A stretch of 64,000 bases of DNA, taken from NCBI GenBank assembly GCA_010405405.1, contig MU004244.1, positions 871,895 to 935,894 of the forward strand, written 5' to 3'. The position numbers and the translations under genes are program-made. The DNA comes from Microthyrium microscopicum (Eukaryota). Below, piece by piece: positions 24,094 to 37,287 of the stretch. Every line of letters starts with the position of its first letter. Positions within the stretch are counted from its first letter, which is position 1. The notes under the pieces were generated by a model. It was not told where the DNA came from and searched no databases. It worked only from the letters and a program-made list of their open reading frames with translations.

Positions 24094-25151
24094 AGTGTGG
24101 TATGTGGAATGCAGATGTTCAGTGTCTGTACATGTGGGTTATGATATAACGAGGGTGATGATGTGAACATGCAACAACGAGTATGCTGGAGAGACGAGTG
24201 GTGATCATGCAATACTAGCGAGGATCAAAAGCAATTCGGACTTGTCTATTGGTTCAGTCAATGCAAGTTGGAGCTCTGGGGTTCGCTATTAATATATGGA
24301 TGGTAGAAAAGTGGAAGATGGAGACGAAAACAGTTTAACGCCAAAACAAACGGTGGTTGCTATGCAACCAGTCCGCGAGTCAAGCCTCAAGCGCAAGGCC
24401 GCAAGGCACCACAAGGCTGATGGAGATTCAATGTTGATGCACGCACCATGGATAAGATTAGATGCTGCACCACGTTTCAAAGCACATGCTAAAACAATCG
24501 CCCCTGTTTCCATCTCTTCTTCAACTCCAATGCTTCTCTACAAAGCCATCTATTATACTCTTATATCATGTTTCTCATTTCCTACGCATCTCCTCGATCA
24601 GAACTCAAGCGCTATGCTTCTTCTGCAATATACCTCCGGATGAACATGTAAATTGACTGAAAGAGACCTTTCGTACCGTACATGCTAGTTCACCGGAAAT
24701 ACAGAAGCATTTCGGACTTTTGAGCCTCCAATATGAGCCCGGCCTTTGCAAATGAAGCTGGGATCCACAACCGCGGAAGATTGACTTTTTTCATGAACCG
24801 CAAGCATCTCTATAAATGAGGTCTACAATCACACGCAACGGCCCATAGCACCGAATATGTTCAAACCCGTAATCCCCAGCTTCCGGCGAACCGAGGCTGG
24901 GTTCTATCAAATGCCCCAGATTTGATTACTAGCGTAGCTCAAAGCCATATAGAAATAAGCCTTGTATAATGTTTCCAGAAGCACACGATCATCTGTTTTG
25001 GTGAATTTCTTGATTCGACTCTCCAATTGAACAGCTTGCGGATCCGCTAAGAAGGTTTCTACCATTAAACAGCTCACGTCTATCCCCACACACCGACTCT
25101 TGCCCCGCCAGTGGTCCCTGCATAAAGCTCTCGCGACCGCCTGTGTTAAAA

Positions 25152-26569
25152 ATGGCTCACAACTCTACTCGAGCGAGACTCCAGCAACTCACCAACCAAG
25201 TATCAAGTTCAGCCATGGCTAGTCCATTTTCCGTAGATGTGGTTCCACAGGCTCCCGAAGACCCTCTCTTTGGTCTTATGGCCGCATATCGTGAGGATAC
25301 TTCAGACAAGAAGGTAGACTTGGGCATTGGAGCTTACCGTGACAACAACGCTAAGCCATGGATTCTTCCAGTCGTGAAGAAGGTAGGATGAACCGCAAAA
25401 GCAGAGAATGTGGTCTAACGGAATTGCTAGGCCGACGAGATCATCCACAAGGATCCAGAAGTCAACCATGAATATCTCCCAATCGCTGGTCTAGCTCAAT
25501 TCACTTCAGCCTCGCAGAAGCTGATCGTCAGTGGAGATTCTCCAGCCATCAAAGAAGGAAGAGTAAGTCCTTCAAAAGTCTTTCAAGGTCTCTATAGAAA
25601 CAATGCTGATAGCCTTTTAAGATTACATCCCTTCAAACCGTCTCCGGAACCGGTGCTGTCCATCTAGGCGCCCTCTTCCTAGCCAAATTCTACCAAAAAG
25701 TCTACCCTAAAACCGCTCTATATATGTCCAATCCTACCTGGGCCAACCACCACCAAATTTTCAGTAATGTTGGTCTCTCCTTACAATCCTACCCATACTG
25801 GCACCCACAAACCCGCGCTCTCGACTTTGATGGCATGAAAGCCTCCCTCGAGTCCGCACCCGACCACTCCATCATCCTCCTGCACGCATGCGCCCACAAT
25901 CCTACTGGTGTCGACCCAACTCCCGAGCAATGGTCCTCAATCGCCACCATCATGAAGCGCAAGTCACACTTTCCCTTCTTTGACTGCGCATACCAGGGTT
26001 TCGCATCCGGCGATCTTGCTAAGGACAACTTCGCCATCCGTCACTTCATCGAGCAAGGCTTCGAGCTCCTGATTGCTCAATCGTATGCCAAGAACTTTGG
26101 TCTTTATGGCGAACGTGCCGGCTGCTTCCACTTTGTCGCCGCGCCCTCTTCCGATGCCGGTGAGCGCACAAAGCGCGTGGGCAGTCAGCTCGCGATTCTT
26201 CAGCGAAGTGAGATCAGCAACCCGCCTGCGTATGGCGCACGCATTGCATCGTTGGTGCTGAACGACAAGGCACTGTTTTCCGAGTGGGAAGCGAATCTGC
26301 GCACGATGAGTGGACGGATTATCGACATGCGCAAAGCGCTGAGAGGAAAGCTCGAGGATTTGAAAACGCCGGGCAAGTGGAACCATATCACAGATCAGAT
26401 TGGTATGTTCAGCTTCACGGGATTGACCGAAGGCCAGGTGGCCAAGTTGAGAGCGGATGGACATATTTATATGACCAAAAATGGTCGTATCAGTATGGCG
26501 GGCTTGAACACGAAGAATGTTGAATATGTGGCTACGCAGATTGACAAGGTGGTTCGGGATACCGAGTAG
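25152..26569 (+). CDS. AAT2: Aspartate aminotransferase, cytosolic type, with possible PTS2 N-terminal extension
   Basis: Introns 25383-25430 and 25563-25621. Motifs KVDLGIGAYRD, PTWANH, HACAHNPTGVD, SYAKNFGLYGERAG (PLP lysine), QIGMFSFTG and GRISMAGL. Confidence 0.96.
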
Positions 26570-27092
26570 GCTGGCTAAAGGGTGATGCGATGTCTAGGAC
26601 AAAACGGCTTTGGTTTGATTAATCCTTTCTCTTTTGCAGAGATCATGCTGTGAGCAAAGCGTGTTGTGTACAGAATACATTTATGCTTGTATAGAATAGA
26701 CAGCATCCAAATCTAATTAGGCGTTTGGCTAGCAGCGGACAACAGATGCTCACAATTCCAAAAGAACGTAGCTTTAGTAGTCGTCCGAACACATACCTTG
26801 TACCATCGATTGAAGATCGACCTGATGCCAAAAGTAAATCCGGACTAAAATGTGATTGCTCGTTCGGGATATCTCGACGTCAGATGTGAACAATTGAATT
26901 GATATGTGATCTACAAGGCTGAAGTCAAATACTGTGCCTGCGATATATATAGAGTCATAACTGATATCTTGCCAGCAGGTTTATCTAGTGTACCTATGTC
27001 GATTTGTCGAGAGAATTTGACAGCGCCTAGACAGTCCAAAGCGGCACCTCAGTCAAATGATTGAGTTACTACGATGTTAGAAGATCTCTTTT

Positions 27093-28309
27093 CTAATCAT
27101 GATTTGGCATGTATGATACTTTCATTCTGGCGGCATCAAAGACCAAACCAGTGATTTGTATAAGCAACTCAGCTGACACCCTATATCTGATGTCAAGCGT
27201 CAAGCAGAAAATCGTTATAAAGCATGTATCACCCATAGCATATATGTTTCGAACAACCATCTCAAAGTAATTCAATCACTTTACTTGACAGCACTCGCGT
27301 ACAAAAGAAGGAAAAGAAATATCTTCCAAACTTTCCGAAGCCAGTCAGATACTCAATCTCGCTTCTGTCATAGAACTTGAGTACTAGATCGTCAACACTG
27401 AGAGTCCAGACAACATGCGACTCTCCATCATATCGATTGTCTGCTTGATGATCTACATCGTCTACTGGCTGTTGCATGGCCGTTTGGCCGACCGTGAACA
27501 GATACGTTTCAAGCGTGATGTAAGCAAGCAGTGATAAACTACAACTGTAAGCTGGCTCTGGATGGTCACTTGAGTCGTCGTTATATGCTTCATCAAAAGA
27601 ACGTAACTTTGGGTCTAGACAAACATGGCGAGCTTGCGAGGATACCCTTCTTATCAATCTCGACCTGAACGGGCAATAACAAGTCTCAAGAATAGAAATG
27701 TCTAGTGCAGTGGAATATGATACAGGGGAGCCTCAGAATTTGTAGAGAACACCTGTTCAAGGGACCATCAAGCTGAAATAAACAGTAGATTCATGCTGAA
27801 AATTGAGTCTGATTCCTTTATCAAGCGTTGCTTGCTATTCATTTTGCGCACCTGTTGTCATCCACATGGTTCTTTCCATCTCAAACATGTCTCTGATGTA
27901 GACTTGGCCCCCTCGGTCTGCAGCGATGCATTGCTTGTGCTACCACCGGAAACAAGCATAAAAGGTGCTTTATGCTAGCTGATTCAGGCGGGGCCGTAAG
28001 AAAGTGAGGCATTGATTTGCTTAGAAGTCGGTACAGCGTATGCATTTCTTCTATGTTGTACTCTAACCTCCAACTGATTTTGCAAACCTTCATCATGCTA
28101 CGCAAACCTTTTACCAGCTCGCTTTTGACATCGCTGTCATGGTCCGATATATCTACCGCAACGGTCTCAGGAGCATTGGAAAGGTTCAAACTCTGTGTCT
28201 TCAAACCGGGACTACTGACATAACTGGTCGGAAGCTCGAAGATCCATGAGTTTTCCGAAATCAGTACAGGCCGCTCGTTTATGCTTGGGATAATCCAGGT
28301 CAAGCTCAT
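27093..28309 (-). pseudogene. Possible degraded gene of unknown family
   Basis: Successive minus-strand ORF pieces (28309-27881, 27657-27262, 27275-27093) are separated by stops and frameshifts, with no clear introns and no recognisable motif. Confidence 0.25.
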
Positions 28310-28397
28310 TCAATGATTATCAGAGGTGTCGAACGGCGACACTTGAGTGTGGCTTTGGTAAAAACACCTCACGACTTGGGAAGGCAGGCGAACGTCC

Positions 28398-28594
28398 TGG
28401 CAAAATGAATGGCGCGCTCTCATCCACTACGATGCCTATAATGCCTCACGCTTAGCTATCAATTGAATCATTTGCCATACAGGACGTTCGAATTTTGGTT
28501 TCTTATCGAAGGCAATGCCGAATATAGCATCTTTCAACGGAATACCCTCTTGAGAGCCATCAGCGTTGATGGGAAGGCGCCATGTATTTTGTCA
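28398..28594. repeat. Fold-back palindromic element, copy D
   Basis: Left arm GGCAAAATGAATGGCGCGCTCTCATCCACTACGATGCCT matches the reverse complement of the copy B right arm at about 34/39. Right arm is TTGATGGGAAGGCGCCATGTATTTTGTCA. Confidence 0.8.
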
Positions 28595-29856
28595 TGTTGA
28601 AAGGCGAAGCAATTGCAAATCCTGACATCGATTGGCAGGAATCTTTCGTGTAGCTTGAGCGTATATCCAATAGATATACAATGAATAAAAGATCCAATCT
28701 GGACTCATCTGGTCAGCCTATCAAACTATCAGAGTACAAGTCAACTCTCCTAAAATGGTCTCCAAATTGGTATATGCGGTGGCACTTGACTATGGCTTGG
28801 TTGGTGCCATACCAGTCAAGTCCAGCATTTTATACCTTAGGTACATTAGCCACCTATTGTCGTGCCTGATGGAATTGAATTTTGTTGAGTAACCTTCTCC
28901 TTTGAGCACAGTTTCTTGACGCCTTCCAAAACTACCAAGAGTGCGCCTTTGCCGTCTTAGCCTTTTATCACCTTTGATTTAATTGCCACCGATCAAGACG
29001 GTCTTTATGAAATTGGCATGGGAAAAGGCTCTCATGTGCCAACGAGCTGTTGTACAACTTACGTGAAAATCATGTATCTGGAATGTTGGATAGGACGGGG
29101 GGGTTGGTGATGCATGTGCATGGCTCATTCGTGGTATTGTAGCCCCGGCTCGGCTTTATTCTCCTCCATCTTCCCAACTTCATCTTCTGGGGTCTCCATC
29201 AGGGCGCGCGGATAGCTCCAAAATCTTGATGCCAACGAGAAAGAGCAAGGTTATGAGGGACGTCGGGATTTGCGGCATCCTTCTTTGAGGTTATCTATTG
29301 CGCCTACGCCCTCCAACGCACGGCTCCACCTCTGTGCCGGCCTGTAAAGAGTTACCCAAGGAGCAGCTGATTTATCTGGCCCACCTGGGCACTTGCACTA
29401 GAAGTTTTCTTAAATCAACGAGGTGCAGAGCTCCAGTCAATTCTCTCCAATCGAACTCTGCCGGTACTGTGACGACAGCATCTGCTGTGCTAGCCAGTGA
29501 AAAGGCAGCCGCAAGTCGGGCGCAACACCTAGCAATCTTTGTAGCGACTTCCATATGCCTTCTCCCTTGGCTCTTTCCCGGCTTCTTCTTTTGGTGGCAG
29601 TTTTGATCACGGGCATTTGTCAAGCTACAACAGCAAAACACGAGACCACATGGCGGCTAGGGCCTGATAGATCTCACTGGTTGAAAGTGGACCAACAGGT
29701 CATCAATGCCAATGGTCATGGTGACTTTCATGATCAAGGTGAGCGCTGTGCATTTCGTTGTTTTATAAAGCCGTTTGAATATTATACTTGATCTTGCTCC
29801 TCCTCCTCGATACACAACAATTACGACCAGTCTCTAGTGGAGCACCTTCAATCATT

Positions 29857-31443
29857 ATGATGTCCAATCATCAGATCACGATGCTTACTATTTTTGCTTT
29901 CTTCTTAGCCTCTTTGTCTCCAGTACTTAGTGTTGCTGCCAAAGGTGGAGTAGGACGACTGCCAGCTCTCGGTTTCAATTCCTGGAATGCTTTCCACTGC
30001 GACATCGACGAGTCCAAGTTCCTGACAGCCGCACAGAAGATAGTTGACTTGGGCCTCAAGGTATGTAACCACCTTAATATATCAGATCCTATTAGACTTA
30101 CCCTTATCTCCTAGGATGCTGGATACGAATACGTCAACATCGATGATTGCTGGTCTATGAAGGATCAGCGTGATCCCAAAACTCATGCCATGCTACCAAA
30201 CATGACCAAATTTCCTGACGGTATCGACGGCCTGGCAAAGAAAATCCACGATATGGGTTTGAAAATTGGCATCTATTCTAGTGCGGGCACTAAAACCTGT
30301 GAACAATATCCTGCCAGTATCAACTACGAAGACGTCGATGCGAAGTCTTTCTCAGATTGGGGAATTGATTGTGAGCTATCGATCAAGACTAGATGTGACC
30401 ATCCTAAGCTAATCAATCCACAGATCTAAAATACGACAATTGCTTCGTCCCTGATAATATGAAAGATGATTGCCAATTCTGCATGACGCCAAATACTACT
30501 TGTCAAGACACCGCGTAAGCCAAGGCGATCCTAGCACAATCCGTATTACTGACATTAAAAAGGCAAGACAAATACTGTCCTGCAGGCTACGATTACAGCA
30601 AGTCGAAAACTGCTCAGCGCTACAACGCCATGCGAGATGCACTCAATAAGCAAACTCGCCCAATACTATACTCTCTCTGCGAGTGGGGAACCGCGGGAGT
30701 TCATTTCTGGGGCAACACCACTGCGCAGTCATGGCGTACAACCGGTGACATTTCACGTTAGTATGCTTGTTACATTCCTAGTTTCTTGACTAACTCTTTG
30801 ACCTTTAGCAAACTTCACCGCGATTCTTACAATTGCCAACTTGAACACCTTCACCCTGGACTCTGTCGACTTTGGTGGACACTCCGATCCAGACATGCTT
30901 GAAATTGGCAATGCTCCTCTCACCAACGTCCAAGAACGAACTCATTTTGCCCTATGGGCCGTGATGAAGTCTCCTCTACTCATTGGCACTGACCTAGACA
31001 AGATCAAGCCTTCAAGTGTAGCAATTCTCAAGAACAAGAATTTGCTCGCCTTCAACCAAGATGATGTCTATGGCAAACCTGCCTTCCCTTTCAAATGGGG
31101 AAGCGCACCTGACTGGACATATGTCCCAAACAAGCCTGCTGAATACTGGGCTGGCCAGTATAAGGAAGGCATTATGATCCTCTTATTCAACAACCACGAT
31201 ACCGCCAAAGACTACACCTTTGCATTCCGTGAGGTTCCTGGTGTCAAGTTGGGTCAGAAGTACCACGTTGTGGATGGCTGGACTGACAATGACCTTGGCT
31301 GCTTTACGGCCACAGGATCAGTTGTGATCCCAAAGATTGCGGCAAGTGACACTGTTGTCTTGATTCTCAAGGATGGAGCATCGTGTCTAAAGAAGCTCAA
31401 AGTACGAGGCGCTCGGGAGCGAAATGTTATTATCCCTTTGTAG
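29857..31443 (+). CDS. Secreted alpha-galactosidase (glycoside hydrolase family 27)
   Basis: Introns 30061-30114, 30371-30423, 30515-30562, 30757-30808. Motifs [44 protein letters not shown] and DPDMLEIGN. The start is uncertain (see finding on a 29555 exon). Confidence 0.94.
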
Positions 31444-33272
31444 TTTAGCGATTGGTCAGTTGGGGCGGTGATGATTGAAGTTGACTGTTGGTTGACAGGC
31501 TCTGCACGACTATCATTCTTGGAGGATATTTGGATTCGACATTGAATCTTCCAGATCTAGCCTAACTTACCTATAAAGTACAATGGAACCTATAATTCAT
31601 AATAGGTACTTGGTCTATGATCTTTTTAGATCCGATGACTTCAATTTGTTTCTTGTCATTTAGATTCACTAGAATGTTGTTCCGTGAATCGAGGACTCCG
31701 CCACACTCGCCTATCGGCTTTATGTTAGCCCAAACGGACCATAAACATTTTGTTTCTTAAGCGCTATCTCTGATTTGTCTAAAGAATTGTTTTTCTTGAC
31801 TCGTGGAATTGGGCATTGAAGTTCGAACCGGGATATACAAAGATCTAAAATATCGGGGCGGAGTACATGATAATAGTCATGCTATAGTTCTTAATGCCTG
31901 TCAAGCCTGTCTATCAAGTAGTAACAAAATGACTTGGGCTTAAATATTTGTTTCACTATCAAATCCTCTACAATGCTTTCAGTGGAAATGGGCAAATGTG
32001 TCTCAGAGTTTCGAGACGGAAGAAGTTGTTACGAGATAGGTACAGAAACGGCCCATAAAGACATTCGTCTCCTACCAAATGAAAAAGTATCTCTTAGTCT
32101 AAACTGAAAGAAGATATGATATCAGGCTGTGTATGTAGCTCACCACCAATCAACCGTTGATGATGGTCTAAGGCTGGGATGCACAGGCTGCAGACAGATC
32201 GGAGCAGCCGGCAGGCGCCGTTCAGTGACAGGCATCGCCATTTTGGTAAAACACCCCCTGTGCTCCTGCGTCCAGTTAGAAACCCCTGAGGCCTTTTTGA
32301 GAAGAAAGCCAGACTGCTTGCGTCTCTTGCCTCTCCTCTCTGAATGTCGACAATCCCCAAAGTGGCGGCCATGCGGTCCTGCAGGCTTGCGACTTACGAC
32401 CCAATCGGCCACTTAGGTCTCGATATCATACACTCCCTCTCCGGTCTACACCGATCAGATCGTGTGTGACTCTTGAATGGTTCGTCCCATTGGGGGGTGG
32501 GGCTCATGGTGTGCATTTCCACCATCATAGCCACTGGTAACAACACTTGACTGGAAGCCCGCAAAAACTCTTCTAGGCTCCGTAGCAGCTTTGCTTCGCT
32601 TGCGCTGGCAATGTTGCGGCAAAAAGAGCTTGTGAGCCATCAGCTTGATATGGCTTGGCTGTCTCTCGGTTCTAGTATTTTTATGGTAGCAACTGGCCTT
32701 GGACCTGCATAAGACGTGCATGTTTCCCCTCTGCATCCGTGAGGAGTTGCGCTGGTGCCGCCCTGGGTGTTCTTAAACGATTTGTTTTAACACTGCAAAA
32801 TAGACCGCCGTTTCCCATTCTTTTTCTGGCCTGTCAAAGCGTTTCCTGTGGACTGGTTCCCTGGGCCTTTTTTTTGTGGTTGTCAGTGCTGTTCCTGTCG
32901 ACGGGTTTAGTTTGACACAACTGCTGCATCGCCAGTGCATGTGCTGCTGCCCCCTTTGCTACACTGTAGGTGTAGGCTCCTAAGGAGAGCGTAGAAAAAG
33001 CTTATCGCAATTTTGAAAATTGTGACACCTCATCATCTGGCACGTCAAAAGAAAAGTAGATCTTTTTGGCTCTTGGACGTTGTTAACCCGGTTCCTGGAT
33101 TTCCTAAGCTCCCCAACGTCGACCCATACAAGTTCATTCAACGACAACCCTCGCCAATGCTAGAGATTTCACTTCTCAAGAGATCGCTGGTTCGACAAAT
33201 CTCTCGCTAGTTGCGGCGCAATAGCGATTTTTGCTTTCATTTTTGGGAGAAAGAGCTTGGAGTGGTTGTCAA

Positions 33273-35010
33273 ATGTCAACACCAATTCAACCAACCTGCC
33301 CGACTGGTGGCTCTTGGTATATTTGTGTCGACTCCTCTACAAAATTCATCGGCTGTTGCAAATCAAATCCCTGCTCCAACTCTGCTGGCTGTCCAATCTC
33401 AGATCTTTCGTCTGCGTCTTTCAATTCTGCTGCATATGGCACTTTTCCGGATCAGACATGCGGCAACGGACAAGGCGACTTCTACACATGTACCTTCTCA
33501 AATGGAGCATCATTCATCGGCTGCTGTCGAAGTAATGCTTGTCAGCAGGGAGGCTGCCCCCAGAGCGATTTGGGGAGTATGGCTTTAAGTCCGGATTTGA
33601 ATAAGGAGCAAGCTTTCCTTGCTGATGCTCAGAATGTCGGTGTAGTCACTGGCGCGAGTAATCCAACCACCACTCTGGCTGTCAATACAGGGACCAATTC
33701 TATCACGGCCATAACCACAGGACTGGCCAGTAGCTTGAGCCTGATAACGTCTATCACCAGCCCGTCAAGTTCGAGTATTGCGGCAAGTGCCTCAACTAGC
33801 TCAATCTCTTCCACATCAACAGCGCCTACATTATCACTCCGCCCACTTTCTACAGCAACTCCATCAGGGTCACCATCCGCTACATCAAATTCAACTTCAG
33901 ACGCTGGATCGCCATTTTCCATGCCTATGGCTTCCATGCTAGGAGGCATGTCCAAGGGCACAATCGCTGGCTTGACTGTGGCTGCTTTTATTCTTGTTAC
34001 TGCTCTGGCAGCACTGATATTTTTCCTTTGTTCTCGACGGAGGCAGCGATTTGAAAGACAAGTCATGAAGGAAATCGAAGAAGCGGATCACGATCCGTCC
34101 AACTTTGGTCGTGATTTCCCAGCATTCACACCGACTCCAGCGCCTGTATACAATCAAGCGCGATCTTCAAGACCTAAATCTCGGCCAGTTTCAGTCCCAC
34201 CAGCTTATGAAGCGCCAGTGAATACTGCTCTCCAACCTTCATCCCAATATTCTCAAGATCCTCCTCTCCAACCATCATCGCAGTACTCACAACCGACCGC
34301 ACTCCAGCCATCATCACAATACTCTCAAAATCCGACCCGCTACTCTGAGAGCAGCAACTATGGTATGCTACCTACTTGCGCCCCATCTCATGTTCTCTGC
34401 TAACAATTCCCTCAAAGATACCCAAGACATGCCTCCCGCTCAAACATACTACTCTCCGCCTCCACAAATACCTGCCCGCCGCTCTCCTGCGCCCGCCTAC
34501 GACTTCCCTCCCAACCCGCGCTACTCACCAGCAAACTCAAACGCTTTCGCCGTCAATCCTCTCGGCGCCTCTCCACCCATGGCTTTTGCGCCATCCTTCC
34601 AAACTTCCCCTACTATCCCCGACTCTCTCACCGCCCCTTACGCATATCCCAGCACATACACATCCTACAGCGCACCTCTCTCACCGCAGGCAACCATCCG
34701 GGCCGTTGGTCTCGATTCTGTGCCTGAGCATATACCTACGACTACCTCGCGGCGAAGGCCGGCAACGGCGGACACGGACGACAGTATCCCGAATGTGGTG
34801 ATATTACCTGGTAGTGATGGCGAAGATGAGGAATATGCAGCAAGCCTGGCGGCTGGTACGGCAGCGCGGACGAGCAGATCAAGCGTGCCGGGATGGACGA
34901 CTATTCGGGCAAGTCAGTTGGCGAGTAGCCCGCCGCCGCCATCGGAGAGGGCGAGTCGAGGGAGTCGGTTACGATACTCGATGGTAGCTGAAGATGCTGA
35001 ATATAGATGA
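33273..35010 (+). CDS. Single-pass membrane protein: duplicated Cys-rich ectodomain, Ser/Thr stalk, Pro-rich tail (putative cell-surface sensor)
   Basis: Intron 34363-34417. Two modules (WYIC..KFIGCCKSNPC and FYTC..SFIGCCRSNAC), TM segment IAGLTVAAFILVTALAALIFFL followed by RRRQR, PPAY motif, and LQPSSQYSQ x3. Confidence 0.8.
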
Positions 35011-35370
35011 TGTAAGATTAGGAGAGATTGAAAAGTCACTAAAAAACTGAACATTTCTCAGCAAGGAATTGGCATGTATGTACATAGACTGTAGAAAAGC
35101 ATAGCCATGCGAGAATGTATGAAATAAGATACATTATGATAATGTTATTATCTATACAAAATGCCCTTCCGCTGCTATGATACACCAAAAAATCGCTTCA
35201 TGCAGCGGATCAATTGTATACATGTTGCGAGAGATCGCACACGCCGTCGTTTCTCGTGAACGGGCATGTTTCTGCTTTAGTAAGAAATATATATATGGCA
35301 CTAAACAAATGTTTCCCTGGCCACGCAACGCCAAAACACCTTGCCTCTTATAATTCAAAACAAATGCTGT

Positions 35371-36751
35371 TTATCCTTTCCCAGCTTCCTTGAACCACAC
35401 CGGCCGACAGTCGTCTTGATGCAGCCAGAGTTCACCATCTGTAAATTTGCCAGCCTCGCAGCCGCGACATTTCGGCGAGTTGGGACAGTTGAAGAACGGG
35501 ATATGTTGGTAGCCAATATCTTGGAACCTGGAGAATTCGTTAGTTTAAAGACATAGACAGTGAAGGAATCGACGTACCAATGAATCTTATTTTTATCCTC
35601 AAACAAACCAAGCGCAATCGCATGCACTGGCGCATCTCCCCACCGCTCATAAAAGAACCCACCCGCTTTATCCAAATGCTCAAAGTATTGTGTATAAGCT
35701 GGGCTGCGATAGAAACCCATGTCCGCAATTTCGAAATTACTCCAAAAATGGCACGTCGAATAGCCATTTGCGCGTTTGAAATTATCTGGCCGATGGTCCG
35801 CGTCCTGCAACCACTTCATCGCATTATTCGGATGTATAAACTGCGTGTTGTCGTGCATAAACTTTAGCGTCTCTGGCCATAAACTTGCTACGCTTTCCGG
35901 GTTGTCGTATAGGTTGATAGTGAAGCCGTACGTCTTGTTATGATCCTCCATCCACCGGAATACATCATAGTCGACGTCGCAAAAGAAATGTACATTAGGC
36001 TCGACGCGCCAGTACCAGCGGGTAGATTTGAGGCGTGGGTGTTTGTAGAACATGCCGGAATTCCAGCGGCACATTTGGTGGTATGATTTTTTATTAACGT
36101 ATTGGACGCCTTTTTCTTCGAGGACGTGGACGGATTCTTGGTAGAGATCTTCGTTGATCCATTCGGGGGTGGCCCAGTGTTCTTTGGGGAGGATATCTAT
36201 GGCGCGGTTAGTATGGGTGTTGGTAGGCGTGATCGGATATCATGTTACCAAAAGTGACTTGGGCTTTAGTCTCGGCGGATATTCTTCGCTTGAATTCGTC
36301 TGTAAAGGGTTCGTCGTTTAGGAATAGCCATGGATAGTTGAATTTGTGGTTGAATGTTCGCTCTAGATCTCGCATTGATGAGATCATATCATCAAGCTCC
36401 GAATTCCGCACAAGGGATAGCAGCGTAGCATTCGCACGCTCAGACTCGAGATTATCTGGCGCATAGTTGTTGCCTACGACTCGTCGTAATGGTTCTTGTG
36501 GTTCGCCGGATGCTATGATGCCGCCTTGATTAGATTCGTGTGGAACATGTCTTTCATCAAGGGATATTCTTACGATCTAGGTTTGGATCGCGGAAACTCC
36601 TGTCTACGCGGTATTTTGCTGCTGGATCATTGGAAGGAGGACCAGTGGAGAGAGAACCCTTGCCGGAGGGTTTTTGTAATATGTATAGTATGTAGAATAT
36701 CATACATAGCGAAGCCAGCGCGAGAAAGCGGATAGGTTTGGCAACGGCCAT
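35371..36751 (-). CDS. Alpha-1,2-mannosyltransferase, GT15 (Kre2/Ktr family)
   Basis: Introns 36513-36573, 36197-36248, 35528-35577. Motifs LVRNSEL, SYHQMCRWNSG, YWRVEP, CHFWSNFEI and GGFFYERWGDAPVH. Type II anchor present. Confidence 0.95.
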
Positions 36752-37287
36752 GTTGAAAGGTGGGAGAGGAAGACGACACGACGCTAGGCTGTAACGCAGG
36801 AAGATATGAAGCAGAGGAGGAGAAGATGTAGATTACGACGACATGACGAGTTTTTAGACCAAGGGGAATGTTTGAATAAGATCAGAGGGGATCAGAGGTC
36901 TGATGTTTTCAACTCCACTTATCAGAGAGATGGCAGTTGGTTGGCAGTTGCTGATGCTGGGCCTCTCCTTCCCAAAAAGTGACCTCAGGGGGCATGGGAG
37001 AGCAAGGATCAGGGATCCAAAAAAGAAGTACTGGTTTAATATCACGTGACTACCTTTCTTTCAATGTTGTGTTGCGGACTGGAGTTCAGCCATCGCGTAA
37101 CGCAACTTCATCTTTCATTGTAGCAAACAACTAGCAGCTGGAAGACAAGACTGATACAGAATTCTGCGCAGGATGTGCTCATCAAGAGCTAGCGCGATTT
37201 CTCTCATGCGACCGCATTGCTGCGAACATATCCCTCCATCGTTCTCGAACCTTAGGTGAGCAATAAGACCCGGATTGCTTTGGAACC

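Noticed and set aside
31810..31835. GTTCGAA resembling a tRNA T-loop
   Set aside because: No cloverleaf, acceptor stem or A-box could be built.
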